Positions 9,375 to 17,862 of a stretch of 63,685 nucleotides of DNA are shown here, piece after piece (the first letter of the stretch is position 1; each line of letters starts with the position of its first letter). The stretch covers positions 1 to 63,685 of IMG/VR virus record IMGVR_UViG_3300047360_000121, one strand, 5' to 3'. Source of the stretch: a virus. Its lineage: Duplodnaviria; Caudoviricetes. The position numbers and the translations under genes were made by a program. The notes beneath the pieces are model-generated. The model did no database searches. It was not told the origin of the DNA and saw only the letters and a list, made by a program, of their open reading frames with translations.

Positions 9375-9677
9375 ATGCCCACCGCCCTTACGATCGACCC
9401 GCCGCCGATCTGCGATGACCCGCATTGCCTCGACTGCCGGACTCGGGTGCTCTACGCCGTCGCCTCGGCGCTTGAACAGCGCGGCCCGACGCCCACGGTA
9501 TCGACGCACGAGGGCGCGGCGTTCACGCTGGCCCACGTCTTCGCCGATGTCGTGGTGACGTCGGGCGTCTCGGACAAGGAAGCCGTCGAGCTTCTGAACG
9601 CCGCGCTGCGCCGCGTCCACGGGATGAACGAAGGGGCGGATTTCCGCCCCGGCGTCCCGAACAACCAGATCCACTGA
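9375..9677 (+). CDS. Hypothetical protein
   Basis: Preceded by the recurrent CCTGACATG leader; phage-like codon usage. Confidence 0.65.
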   Translation: MPTALTIDPPPICDDPHCLDCRTRVLYAVASALEQRGPTPTVSTHEGAAFTLAHVFADVVVTSGVSDKEAVELLNAALRRVHGMNEGADFRPGVPNNQIH

Positions 9678-9701
9678 AACTCACTTCCGGTAGGGGCACC
9701 T

Positions 9702-10115
9702 ATGGCAAGCTATGAAAAGCAAGGCGAAAGCGACGAGTGGTATACGCCACGCTACATCTTTGACGCACTTGCCGCGCGTTTCGATCTCGACGTAGCCTGC
9801 CCGCCCGAGGGGCCGCGCTACGTCCCAGCGTCGGCCTACTTCCATGAGCGCGCTTTAGAGCAGCCGTGGCGGGGTTTCGTCTGGATGAACCCGCCGTTCG
9901 GGCATCAGTCTACCAAGCGGCTTTGGCTGCGGAAGTTCTTCGACCACGGCAACGGCATCGCCCTTTTGCCCGACCGAACGTCCGCGCCTTGGTGGCAGGA
10001 GTTCGCCCCGTTGGCCGACGCAATCCAGTTCGTCGCGCCCAAGGTGAAGTTCGAGAGGCCAGATGGCTCGATTGGTGGGCAGATTTTCCAACCCCTGCGG
10101 TGCAATGCCGCGTGA
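9702..10115 (+). CDS. Phage Dam-like DNA N6-adenine methyltransferase, possibly C-terminally truncated
   Basis: DEWYTP, FDLDVA, VWMNPPF, ALLPDRT motifs; only 137 aa. Confidence 0.75.
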   Translation: MASYEKQGESDEWYTPRYIFDALAARFDLDVACPPEGPRYVPASAYFHERALEQPWRGFVWMNPPFGHQSTKRLWLRKFFDHGNGIALLPDRTSAPWWQEFAPLADAIQFVAPKVKFERPDGSIGGQIFQPLRCNAA

Positions 10116-10139
10116 TCTGTTAAACCCCGGAGGCTCTAA

Positions 10140-10955
10140 ATGATTGAAGTTCGCACGGGCGATTGCATCGACCTCATGCGCGCTATGCCCGATCAGTCGG
10201 TGCATACCTGCGTGACATCGCCACCATACTACTGGCAGCGCGACTATGGCGTTGATGGTCAAATCGGCCACGAGCCGACGCCCGCGGAATTTGTTGCTAA
10301 ACTGGTCGATGTCTTCCGCGAGGTTCGCCGTGTCCTGCATGAGCGCGGCACAGTCTGGCTGAACATTGGCGACAGCTACTACAACGGCAACGGCCAGCCG
10401 AAAGGCAGCGACCCGCGCAGCCCCTCGCGCAACTGGATCAGGAAGAAGGCCCGCCCGCTTGATGTGGCTGGCCTGCCGTTCCCGAAGAAATCGCTCCTCG
10501 GGATGCCTTGGCGCGTTGCGCTGGCGATGCAGGACGATGGCTGGACGCTGCGGCAGGAAATCATCTGGTGCCGCGAAACGGCTTTCCCTGAGCCTTCGGT
10601 GAAGGACAGGCCGCACCGGCAACACGAAACCATCTTTCTGTTCTCTAAGGCGCGTTGGTATGACTTTGACCGCACGGCGCTCCCCGAGGAAAGCGTCTGG
10701 CATATCCCGCATGAGCGGGGAAAGCTAAAGCACAACGCGGCGTTCCCGTGCGAGTTGGCCGAGCGGTGCATTCTGGCCGGTTCGCCTGCTGGTGGCACTG
10801 TGCTGGACCCGTTTGGCGGAGCAGGGACCACCGGCCTAGTCGCGGCGAAGCATGGCCGCAGCGCGATCCTGTGCGAACTGAACCCACAATATGCCGAGGA
10901 GGCCCGCGAGCGGGTTGAGCGGCATCAAGACCTGTTCTCTATAACTGCGCAATGA
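10140..10955 (+). CDS. Beta-class N4-cytosine/N6-adenine DNA methyltransferase
   Basis: GDCIDLM, VTSPPYY, HNAAFP, VLDPFGGAGTT, ELNPQY. Confidence 0.92.
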   Translation: MIEVRTGDCIDLMRAMPDQSVHTCVTSPPYYWQRDYGVDGQIGHEPTPAEFVAKLVDVFREVRRVLHERGTVWLNIGDSYYNGNGQPKGSDPRSPSRNWIRKKARPLDVAGLPFPKKSLLGMPWRVALAMQDDGWTLRQEIIWCRETAFPEPSVKDRPHRQHETIFLFSKARWYDFDRTALPEESVWHIPHERGKLKHNAAFPCELAERCILAGSPAGGTVLDPFGGAGTTGLVAAKHGRSAILCELNPQYAEEARERVERHQDLFSITAQ

Positions 10956-10994
10956 GTGTCCATTTAACCCCATTTTTCTAGAGGAGAAAATCCA

Positions 10995-11240
10995 ATGCTC
11001 AAGAAGAAGAAGAAGACCCCCCTCACCGCCCACGAGCGCGAGAAGGCCGCGTGGGACGCCCGCAAGACGGCCTACCACCACCTGAAGAACCGCGCGTCGA
11101 TTCCCGGTATTCCGGGCCGCACCGGCGCGCACGTCAACAAGCCGTGGTTCATTCAGTTGGCGTCCGGCTATGAGCGCGCCGCTGACCCCGAGCCGATGAC
11201 CCGGCAAGTGCGCCGCCAGAACGAGCGTCGCGCCGTCTGA
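10995..11240 (+). CDS. Basic hypothetical protein
   Basis: Strong GAGGAG RBS; 81 aa. Confidence 0.7.
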   Translation: MLKKKKKTPLTAHEREKAAWDARKTAYHHLKNRASIPGIPGRTGAHVNKPWFIQLASGYERAADPEPMTRQVRRQNERRAV

Positions 11241-11248
11241 ACACTACC

Positions 11249-11266
11249 GCCGGGCTTCGGCCCGGC
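11249..11266 (+). other. cUUCGg stem-loop upstream of thyX
   Basis: GCCGGGC-TTCG-GCCCGGC with no U tail. Confidence 0.55.
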
Positions 11267-11286
11267 CCCTGACAACGGAGACGACC

Positions 11287-12210
11287 ATGGAAAAGCAAAT
11301 CGCTGAACGCCTGAATCGACCCCACGCACCGGCCCTTGATCGCATCCTCGGTGATGTTCGCGCCGTCGAGGGGCAGCCCCACAGCCATGTCCGGCTGATC
11401 GACTACATGGGCGACGAGGACGCGATCGTGCAGGCGGCTCGCGTCAGCTACGGCGCAGGCACGAAGACCTACCGGGAAGACCGGGGCCTGATCCGCTACC
11501 TCATGCGCAACCGGCACACCACGCCCTTCGAGATGTGCGAGATCAAGCTGCATCTGAAGCTGCCCATGGCGATCGGTGAGCAACTGCTGCGCCACCGCAC
11601 CGCCTCGCCGAACAAGGTGTCGGGCCGGTATTCGATGATGCCCGACGAGTTTTTCATCCCCGCGCCCGAGTTCATCGGTGTGCAGTCGGTGGACAACAAG
11701 CAGGGCCGATCCGAACCGCTTGACCCGCATCTGGCGATCGAGGTGCGGAACCTTATGAACGCCCACGCCCGGCAGTCCTACGAACTCTATGAGCGGCTGG
11801 CTCGCGACCCGGAGGACGGCGGCGAGTATGGACTCGCGCGGGAACTGGCGCGGTTCAATCTGCCCGCCAACCTCTACACCGAACTCTACTGGAAGATCGA
11901 CCTGCACAACCTTCTGCACTTCCTGAACCTTCGGATGGACAGCCACGCCCAGCACGAGATTCGAGCGGTGGCCGAAACGATCGCCGACATTCTCATCATG
12001 TGGGTGCCGAACGTCTGGCAGGCTTTCGAGGACTACGTGCTGGACGCGCACACCTTCAGCCGGAACGAGATGAATCTGATCGAGAAGCTGATCGAGCGTT
12101 CCAGTTTCAGGGCGCTTTACCAGTGGCAACGTGATCCCGAGTTCGACAGGTTGTCCGCGCGCGAGAAGCGCGACTTCCTGAAAACCCTTGGCTTCGAGGA
12201 CGAAGAATGA
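11287..12210 (+). CDS. thyX: Flavin-dependent thymidylate synthase
   Basis: AARVSY, HTTPFEM, QLLRHRTASPNKVSGRY, RELARFNLP, LRMDSHAQHEIR. Confidence 0.95.
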   Translation: MEKQIAERLNRPHAPALDRILGDVRAVEGQPHSHVRLIDYMGDEDAIVQAARVSYGAGTKTYREDRGLIRYLMRNRHTTPFEMCEIKLHLKLPMAIGEQLLRHRTASPNKVSGRYSMMPDEFFIPAPEFIGVQSVDNKQGRSEPLDPHLAIEVRNLMNAHARQSYELYERLARDPEDGGEYGLARELARFNLPANLYTELYWKIDLHNLLHFLNLRMDSHAQHEIRAVAETIADILIMWVPNVWQAFEDYVLDAHTFSRNEMNLIEKLIERSSFRALYQWQRDPEFDRLSAREKRDFLKTLGFEDEE

Positions 12211-12542
12211 AGACGCACCCCACCTTTCCGGGTCTTCCGGTGGCTGACGCTGCCCGGCCCGACACGTCCGGCCTGAACCCGGCGCGCGAGGATGGCAGGC
12301 CGCTGTTCTTCGACACGTCGCCGACCGACCTGCTTCAGTGCTTCACCTGTCTTCGGCACGGGATCACGCAGCAGTACCGGGGCGGCGAGGTCTATATGAA
12401 CGACCGGGCGAACTCCCCGCTGAAGGACGGCGCAACCTATACGGTCTGCCACGGGCATCTGCCGGACAACGCCGTGATCTATCACCCGAGACGGAACACC
12501 TGCCGAACGAAAGACGGCACCGAGGAATGGTCCGAGGGCTGA
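12207..12542 (+). CDS. Hypothetical protein with Cys/His residues
   Basis: ATGA overlap with the thyX stop. Confidence 0.65.
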   Translation: MKTHPTFPGLPVADAARPDTSGLNPAREDGRPLFFDTSPTDLLQCFTCLRHGITQQYRGGEVYMNDRANSPLKDGATYTVCHGHLPDNAVIYHPRRNTCRTKDGTEEWSEG

Positions 12543-12565
12543 ACGAGATATGGGCCTTTGGTTGG

Positions 12566-12594
12566 TTGACTGCCAACCGAAGGTTGCCTATCCT
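12566..12594 (+). promoter_or_regulatory. Sigma70-like promoter with conserved spacer
   Basis: TTGACT-N17(GCCAACCGAAGGTTGCC)-TATCCT. Confidence 0.78.
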
Positions 12595-12606
12595 ACACGA
12601 ACCGAC

Positions 12607-13035
12607 ATGGAGACTATTGTGACCGCAATCCCTGACCCGAAGAAGGCTCAAGTTGGAGGTTCCCACTATAAGGGCCTCCTGATCGAACCGTTGGAACTGA
12701 CCTACGCCAACCAGTATGACGGCCTCATCTTCACGATCCTGAAGTACGTCATGCGCCACCACCTCAAAGGCGGCGCGGTCGATCTGGATAAGGCTGCCCA
12801 CGCCTGTCACTACCGGGCTGCCATGATCCGCGAGCACGGCTTCTCGCCGCGCGCGCTGAACGTGTTTCCGCCTGAGCGCGTGATCTTCGCCAACAAGATG
12901 AAGCACCTCGAAGGTCGAATCTTGGCCGATGTTCATGCGTGGTCGCGGTTGGACATGCCCATGTCGAGCGATGATTCGGCGGCGATGATCGCCGCTTCGA
13001 TCATCGGTCTTCGCGACACCCGGTATCCCCGGTGA
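12607..13035 (+). CDS. DUF3310-like protein
   Basis: QVGGSHYK, ILKYVMR..LKGG..DLDKA motif; true start may be a slightly later GTG. Confidence 0.7.
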   Translation: METIVTAIPDPKKAQVGGSHYKGLLIEPLELTYANQYDGLIFTILKYVMRHHLKGGAVDLDKAAHACHYRAAMIREHGFSPRALNVFPPERVIFANKMKHLEGRILADVHAWSRLDMPMSSDDSAAMIAASIIGLRDTRYPR

Positions 13036-13697
13036 GCGATTTAACCAGTGAGGAGAGTCCCGCCATGACCATCATCCCCGCAACACCCGGCACGACGCTG
13101 ATCCGGCATGAGCACGTCCCGCACGACGAGGTGCCCGTGATCGGCTGGAACGTGACCGCGCAGGGAACCCGCCCCGTGACGGCGCACATGATTCCGCTCG
13201 TGCTCGTCTGGGGCGACATCATCGAGTTCCCCGACGAGACGGTGCTCGATCTGGCCGCGAACGAGGTCTATGCCTCGCGCTCGGCTTGGCTCACCGAAAC
13301 CGACCACGCGACGCACGGCAAGCCGATCACCGGGCAGCACGTCAGCGCCCGGCCCGCTTCGGCAGTCACCGCGCCGCGCCCCGCGTCCAAGCGCACCGGG
13401 AAAGCGGTCGGCCCGTTCGACGTGGCGTTCAGCGGCAAGACCTACCAACGCTGGTCGAACTGGTGGATCGCAGCGGACGACGGCGATTTCGTCTTTGAAC
13501 TCCCGCCGAACACCGCCTCGCCGTCGAACGAGTTCGTGACTCGCGTGAACCGCGAGGTCGTCGCTGACAAGATCGCGCACGGTGCGGTGAAACTGACCTA
13601 CGACATGGTGCGCGGCACGGTGCCGCTGCCCGGTGAAACGAAACCCCAAGAGGCCGAAGACGACGACGATGACGACGACGGCCTCGACATCATCTGA
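13032..13697 (+). CDS. Hypothetical protein with acidic tail (DDDDDDDGLDII)
   Basis: Alternative ATG at 13065 follows GAGGAG; phage-like codon usage. Confidence 0.7.
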   Translation: MSDLTSEESPAMTIIPATPGTTLIRHEHVPHDEVPVIGWNVTAQGTRPVTAHMIPLVLVWGDIIEFPDETVLDLAANEVYASRSAWLTETDHATHGKPITGQHVSARPASAVTAPRPASKRTGKAVGPFDVAFSGKTYQRWSNWWIAADDGDFVFELPPNTASPSNEFVTRVNREVVADKIAHGAVKLTYDMVRGTVPLPGETKPQEAEDDDDDDDGLDII

Positions 13698-13711
13698 ACG
13701 AAGGACTGGAC

Positions 13712-14068
13712 ATGCCGAAAGACTCCCAAGTGGCCCTGCCGAACTCCCAGAGCGCGGGTGACGAACTCAGGCAGTTCGTTGAGCGCGTCGAGCATATCGA
13801 GGCGGAACAGGCCGACCTCGCTGAACAGAAAAAGGAGGTCATGCAAGAACTGAAGGGCCGTGGATACGACACGAAGATGGTCCGAAAGCTGATCGCCGAG
13901 CGCAAGCGCGACCCGGATGATGTGGCCGAGGAGATCGCCGTGATGGAGATGTATCGGGAAGCCCTCGGCATGTCCACGTCGCTCCGCAACACCGCCAACA
14001 CGGGCTATGACCCCGATGTTGACGAGGACGAGGACGACGATTCCGACGCTGAAGGCGGTATGGTCTAA
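13712..14068 (+). CDS. gapR: GapR/DUF2312 nucleoid-associated DNA-binding protein
   Basis: ELRQFVERVEHIEAE...KEVMQELKGRGYDTKMVRKLIAERKRD...EMYREALGM. Confidence 0.88.
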   Translation: MPKDSQVALPNSQSAGDELRQFVERVEHIEAEQADLAEQKKEVMQELKGRGYDTKMVRKLIAERKRDPDDVAEEIAVMEMYREALGMSTSLRNTANTGYDPDVDEDEDDDSDAEGGMV

Positions 14069-14322
14069 TGGCCCGCAACGCTCTCCTGACCGAGATTGCC
14101 GAGCGGCTTGAGCGCACCGGCGGCGCGGGGTTCTCCTGCTTCTGGATCGAAGGCGAGTGGCGCGTGACGCCGCGCACCGCGACCGGATGGGGGAACTTCG
14201 CCACGGGGGCCACGATCAGCGAAGCGATCGAGAACGCTTTCGCGCCGCGCGCGGTGGACTATAACGCCCCGGTCGTGATCCACGATGATGACCCGGATGA
14301 CGACGGACTGGACCTCGTATGA
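14068..14322 (+). CDS. Hypothetical protein with acidic tail
   Basis: TAATG coupling with gapR. Confidence 0.7.
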   Translation: MARNALLTEIAERLERTGGAGFSCFWIEGEWRVTPRTATGWGNFATGATISEAIENAFAPRAVDYNAPVVIHDDDPDDDGLDLV

Positions 14323-14939
14323 CCGACACCCACTTCACCGAAGGCCCGCTCGCCGGGCTGCGCCGGAACCACTATGGCGCGATCCTCGTGGACCCGCCGT
14401 GGTCGTTCCTGACGCGCTCGGACAAGGGCAAGGACCGCTCTCCCGAACAGCACTACGACTGCATGACGCTGGACGAGATCAAGGCGCTGCCGGTGAAGGA
14501 ACTGGCCGCGAAGAACTGCGCCCTGTTCATGTGGGTGATCGACACGCACCTGCCCATGGCCCTCGACGTGATCGAGGCGTGGGGCTTCACCTACAAGACG
14601 CGGGCCTTCTGCTGGGCCAAGCAGAACCGCAAGAGCGAAGGCTTCTTCGTCGGCATGGGCTACTGGACTCGGGCCAACCCCGAGGACTGCCTGTTCGCCA
14701 CGGTCGGCGCACCGAAGCGACAGGCGCGCGACGTGCGCCGCCTGATCGTCAGCCCGGTTCGCGAGCACTCCCGCAAGCCGGACGAGACGCTTGAGCGCGT
14801 CGAGCGGCTGGTGCCCGGCCCGTATTGCGAACTGTTCAGCCGGACGCCGCGCCCCGGCTGGGATCAGATGGGCAACCAGAAAGACCGCTTCCTCGCGCGC
14901 GGCGAAGAACTGGACGACGACGCGCTCGCGCTCGTCTGA
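14319..14939 (+). CDS. MT-A70-family adenine methyltransferase
   Basis: ILVDPPW, LFMWV, WGFTYKT, GMGYWTRANPEDCL, REHSRKP, ELFSR. Confidence 0.92.
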   Translation: MTDTHFTEGPLAGLRRNHYGAILVDPPWSFLTRSDKGKDRSPEQHYDCMTLDEIKALPVKELAAKNCALFMWVIDTHLPMALDVIEAWGFTYKTRAFCWAKQNRKSEGFFVGMGYWTRANPEDCLFATVGAPKRQARDVRRLIVSPVREHSRKPDETLERVERLVPGPYCELFSRTPRPGWDQMGNQKDRFLARGEELDDDALALV

Positions 14940-14956
14940 ACGGAAGGACTCCTGAC

Positions 14957-15115
14957 ATGCCGAAACGACAATTCATGCTGAAGAACTACCCCCGATGCCC
15001 GAAGTGTGGGGCGACCTCGGGCGACGCATGGGGCCAATGCGAGGGTTCCTGCCCGCTCCCGTTTTCCCCGAACTTCAAGCAGGCCGAAGCCGACAAATAC
15101 GAGGGCCTGAAATGA
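14957..15115 (+). CDS. Small Cys-rich protein (52 aa)
   Basis: GAAGGACTCCTGACATG leader; CPKC...CEGSC. Confidence 0.65.
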   Translation: MPKRQFMLKNYPRCPKCGATSGDAWGQCEGSCPLPFSPNFKQAEADKYEGLK

Positions 15116-15336
15116 CCTGCGCAACCTGTAAATATGCTGCGCCGGATTCCACGGCCCACACGGGTCTGGTCTGCACGATCCAGTTGCCGCGCAACCTGAT
15201 CCACTCCTTCGCGCACCTGTTGGCGAACTTCGAGCCGTGGGATGACCTGCCGCCTGCTCCCGTCCGCCCGCAAGACGGCTGTGACTTGCACGAGGAGGAA
15301 GACTTCGACCCGATCGACACCGGAGACGTGGTATGA
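15112..15336 (+). CDS. Small zinc-binding-like protein
   Basis: ATGA overlap; CATC...C...CDLH; acidic tail. Confidence 0.65.
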   Translation: MTCATCKYAAPDSTAHTGLVCTIQLPRNLIHSFAHLLANFEPWDDLPPAPVRPQDGCDLHEEEDFDPIDTGDVV

Positions 15337-15530
15337 ACCGGCGACCCAAACTGCCGCACCTCGCGCGCCTCTATGACGAGGGTGCCGAGGCTGCGGCGAC
15401 TGGGGCCGAGTGCCCGTACAAAGGCGACGGCCACGGCAACCTGACACGCCGTCATATCTGGCGGCAGGGCAACGAAGACACTATCCGAGAAGCGGACGAT
15501 CTCGAATCCGACATCGCCGCTCTCATCTGA
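15333..15530 (+). CDS. Rmf (ribosome modulation factor)/CrpP-fold-like protein
   Basis: LYDEGAEAAATG..CPY...WRQG matches the Rmf pattern YxxGxxAxxxG..CPY...WxxG. Confidence 0.55.
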   Translation: MNRRPKLPHLARLYDEGAEAAATGAECPYKGDGHGNLTRRHIWRQGNEDTIREADDLESDIAALI

Positions 15531-15547
15531 CACGAAGGACTCCTGAC

Positions 15548-15913
15548 ATGCGAACCTCCATGCTCGAAACCGAGCCGCTGGCCCCCGGCACCTGCGAATG
15601 GTGCGGCAAGGACTGCGAACTTGAAGACGCCGCCTGCTCTCTCTCCTGCGAGGCCCAGCTTGTGCGCCTCGAAGCGGCGCAGGGGCGGCTCGTGATCCGC
15701 ACGATGAAGAAGTGGCGCAAGCACCGTGGCCGCAAGGGCACCCCCGGCGAGGGGGCGATTTCCGAGGTCGCGACCCTCGTGGACGGCTTCAACAAGCAGG
15801 ACCGCCTGCGCCGCGAGAAGCTGTCCGCGCGCCGCCGCCGGGTGCAGGCCGAGATCGACGCCAAGCGGGCCGAGCGCGCCGCGAAGAAACGTAAAACGAA
15901 AGAGGACTCCTGA
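15548..15913 (+). CDS. Zinc-finger plus basic helical protein
   Basis: GAAGGACTCCTGACATG leader; CEWC...CSLSC. Confidence 0.7.
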   Translation: MRTSMLETEPLAPGTCEWCGKDCELEDAACSLSCEAQLVRLEAAQGRLVIRTMKKWRKHRGRKGTPGEGAISEVATLVDGFNKQDRLRREKLSARRRRVQAEIDAKRAERAAKKRKTKEDS

Positions 15914-15914
15914 C

Positions 15915-16424
15915 ATGAACCTGTTTTACGCCGACCTCACCATGCCGAAGGGCTGGTTCCTCCATAGCCTCCACCATCAGCACGTCCGCGACCACTATCA
16001 GCGGTCGTGGTCCGAAGCCCGCTCCGAGCAAGACGGCATCGAGCCTTGGAAGGTCGTCCTGTGCCGCCTGCGCGACGGCCACAAGGTCGAGGAGCAAGGG
16101 CCGACGCTTGAGCGCGCCCTCGTCTTGGCGAAGACGCAAGCCATTGCCGAGGACCACATTGCCAAGGGCTGCGTTGTTCCGGCGGATGAGTTCGCAACCC
16201 CGAACGGTACGCTGGAATGGGTGGACGGCAACGGAATCCGCCACAAGCGGAACGTGCGGATCGTGGACGACGCGACTTTCGAGGAGGGCGACCCGCTGGA
16301 CGCGGTGCCGCACTTCGCCCACCGGGCGACCCCTGCACCGCTGACCGGGGCGATCCAGCCCTACCGCCCGAAGCCGTTCCCGCTGCGGCTTTCGGATATT
16401 GACGACGGAGAGAGTGACCAATGA
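15915..16424 (+). CDS. Hypothetical protein
   Basis: GAGGACTCCTGACATG leader. Confidence 0.65.
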   Translation: MNLFYADLTMPKGWFLHSLHHQHVRDHYQRSWSEARSEQDGIEPWKVVLCRLRDGHKVEEQGPTLERALVLAKTQAIAEDHIAKGCVVPADEFATPNGTLEWVDGNGIRHKRNVRIVDDATFEEGDPLDAVPHFAHRATPAPLTGAIQPYRPKPFPLRLSDIDDGESDQ

Positions 16425-16615
16425 TCGAACGCGACCACGAGGCGGGCGTCCTGCGGATCGTCTGCGACGAGTGCGGCGAGATGCACCATGCCGAGGAACC
16501 GCTCGAAGACGGTGCCCCGGCATACTCCCGGCTCGTCACGACCGCCAAGGTGGACGGCTGGCGGGTCCGGCCTGAAGATGGCGGGTGGACCCACACCTGC
16601 CGGGATTGCAGGTAG
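16421..16615 (+). CDS. Small zinc-ribbon protein
   Basis: CDEC...GW...CRDC; ATGA overlap. Confidence 0.7.
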   Translation: MIERDHEAGVLRIVCDECGEMHHAEEPLEDGAPAYSRLVTTAKVDGWRVRPEDGGWTHTCRDCR

Positions 16616-16652
16616 CGCCGCGCGGCGCTACCATACCCCCACCAGAGACTCC

Positions 16653-16686
16653 AAGGCCCCGGCGTTGCACCGCTGGGGCCTTCTTC
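16653..16686. terminator. Probable bidirectional terminator between converging arms
   Basis: AAGGCCCCGGCG-loop-CGCTGGGGCCTTCTT between convergent stop codons. Confidence 0.65.
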
Positions 16687-17162
16687 TATTCGACGGTGAA
16701 CAGATTCGAGGTGGCCGAGGTTTCCTTCTCGGGCCAGCCGGGACGCTTCATGGTGTAGGTCGCACGGATGCGGTAGCGCCCCGGCGGCACGTCGCAGTCC
16801 CGCCCCATGAACCACGACCACGACACCTCATCGTTCTCGATCGTGTCGTCCGTGGTGTAGGGCACCACGCCGAAGCCCGAGCACTCGTGCTGGAACAGCC
16901 CGCCGGGCTTCACGCGCTGCACCTCGGCGATCCAGAAGCCCACGAAGTCCTCCTTGATCGTCCGGTCGTAGATCATGCGCGGGTCGGCCCCGGCCTCGTG
17001 GTCCGGCACGTAGATTTCGTTCACCACGAACCAGTCCGAGGCCGGGACCGTGGATCGGCTGCGATCCCCGATCGCCTCGGAAAGCTGCACCACGGCAAAG
17101 ACGATGACGAGGGACGCCGCAATCTCGCCGATCCGGCGGCGTCCAAACTCGATCTTGCTCAT
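16686..17162 (-). CDS. Membrane-anchored periplasmic protein at the end of the lysis cassette
   Basis: N-terminal hydrophobic segment IAASLVIVFAVV, then beta-rich domain with 2 Cys; ATGA overlap. Confidence 0.65.
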   Translation of the reverse strand: MSKIEFGRRRIGEIAASLVIVFAVVQLSEAIGDRSRSTVPASDWFVVNEIYVPDHEAGADPRMIYDRTIKEDFVGFWIAEVQRVKPGGLFQHECSGFGVVPYTTDDTIENDEVSWSWFMGRDCDVPPGRYRIRATYTMKRPGWPEKETSATSNLFTVE

Positions 17163-17449
17163 TGGGCACCCCCTGCCGCGATGGACCCGATCTTCTCGAT
17201 CAGCCACCCTTCGGTGGCCCAATAGATCGCCAGCAGCGCCCCGACGAGGAGCGCCACGTTCTTCATGCTGCGCAGCAGCTTCAGCACCGATTCCCACTGG
17301 CTGTAGAACTCAACCGCCCTGATCGCCGTGAGCGCGTCGTCCGCGTCCAGTGCGATCAGGTGGTTGGTTTCGGTGAGGCGACGGATATGATCGAGGGTTT
17401 CCTTCTCCCGATCACCCAGCCGCGACGAGTCCCCTCGGCCCCAAAACAT
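17159..17449 (-). CDS. Small membrane protein (holin/antiholin candidate)
   Basis: C-terminal hydrophobic segment VALLVGALLAIYWA; GGAGG RBS; lysis context. Confidence 0.55.
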   Translation of the reverse strand: MFWGRGDSSRLGDREKETLDHIRRLTETNHLIALDADDALTAIRAVEFYSQWESVLKLLRSMKNVALLVGALLAIYWATEGWLIEKIGSIAAGGAQ

Positions 17450-17467
17450 TGCGTCGCCTCCGCTCGT

Positions 17468-17851
17468 TCAGTCTGCGGCGACCCGGTTCGCGAGCACCCG
17501 CATTTCGTTCAGTTTGGCCTTGGCGATCGCCGGGGCCGCTTGTTCCGCGCCCTTCAGTTTCTTGAAGGTCTTGGGGTTGTTCGCGCGGGCGATGTCCACA
17601 GCCTGCGCCAGCGCCTCCTGTTCGGACAGCAGGCCGTTCAGCACCTTGTCGAACACATACTCGACGCCGGTTCGGACGCCCTTGTGCAGCGTCAGCATGT
17701 CCTTCTCCTCGATCTTCACGCCGATCAGGTTCATGCCCTTGGCGAAAAGAACCACGGCTTGCCCGGCAAGGAAGGTCGCCAGCAGGCCGATGATGAGGGG
17801 CAGCGCGTCGTCCAGCAGGAGGACGATCAGGTCCATCAATATATCTTGCAT
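17468..17851 (-). CDS. Holin-like protein
   Basis: N-terminal hydrophobic helix; directly downstream of the endolysin; GAGGAG RBS. Confidence 0.55.
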   Translation of the reverse strand: MQDILMDLIVLLLDDALPLIIGLLATFLAGQAVVLFAKGMNLIGVKIEEKDMLTLHKGVRTGVEYVFDKVLNGLLSEQEALAQAVDIARANNPKTFKKLKGAEQAAPAIAKAKLNEMRVLANRVAAD

Positions 17852-17862
17852 TTCGGTTCTCC

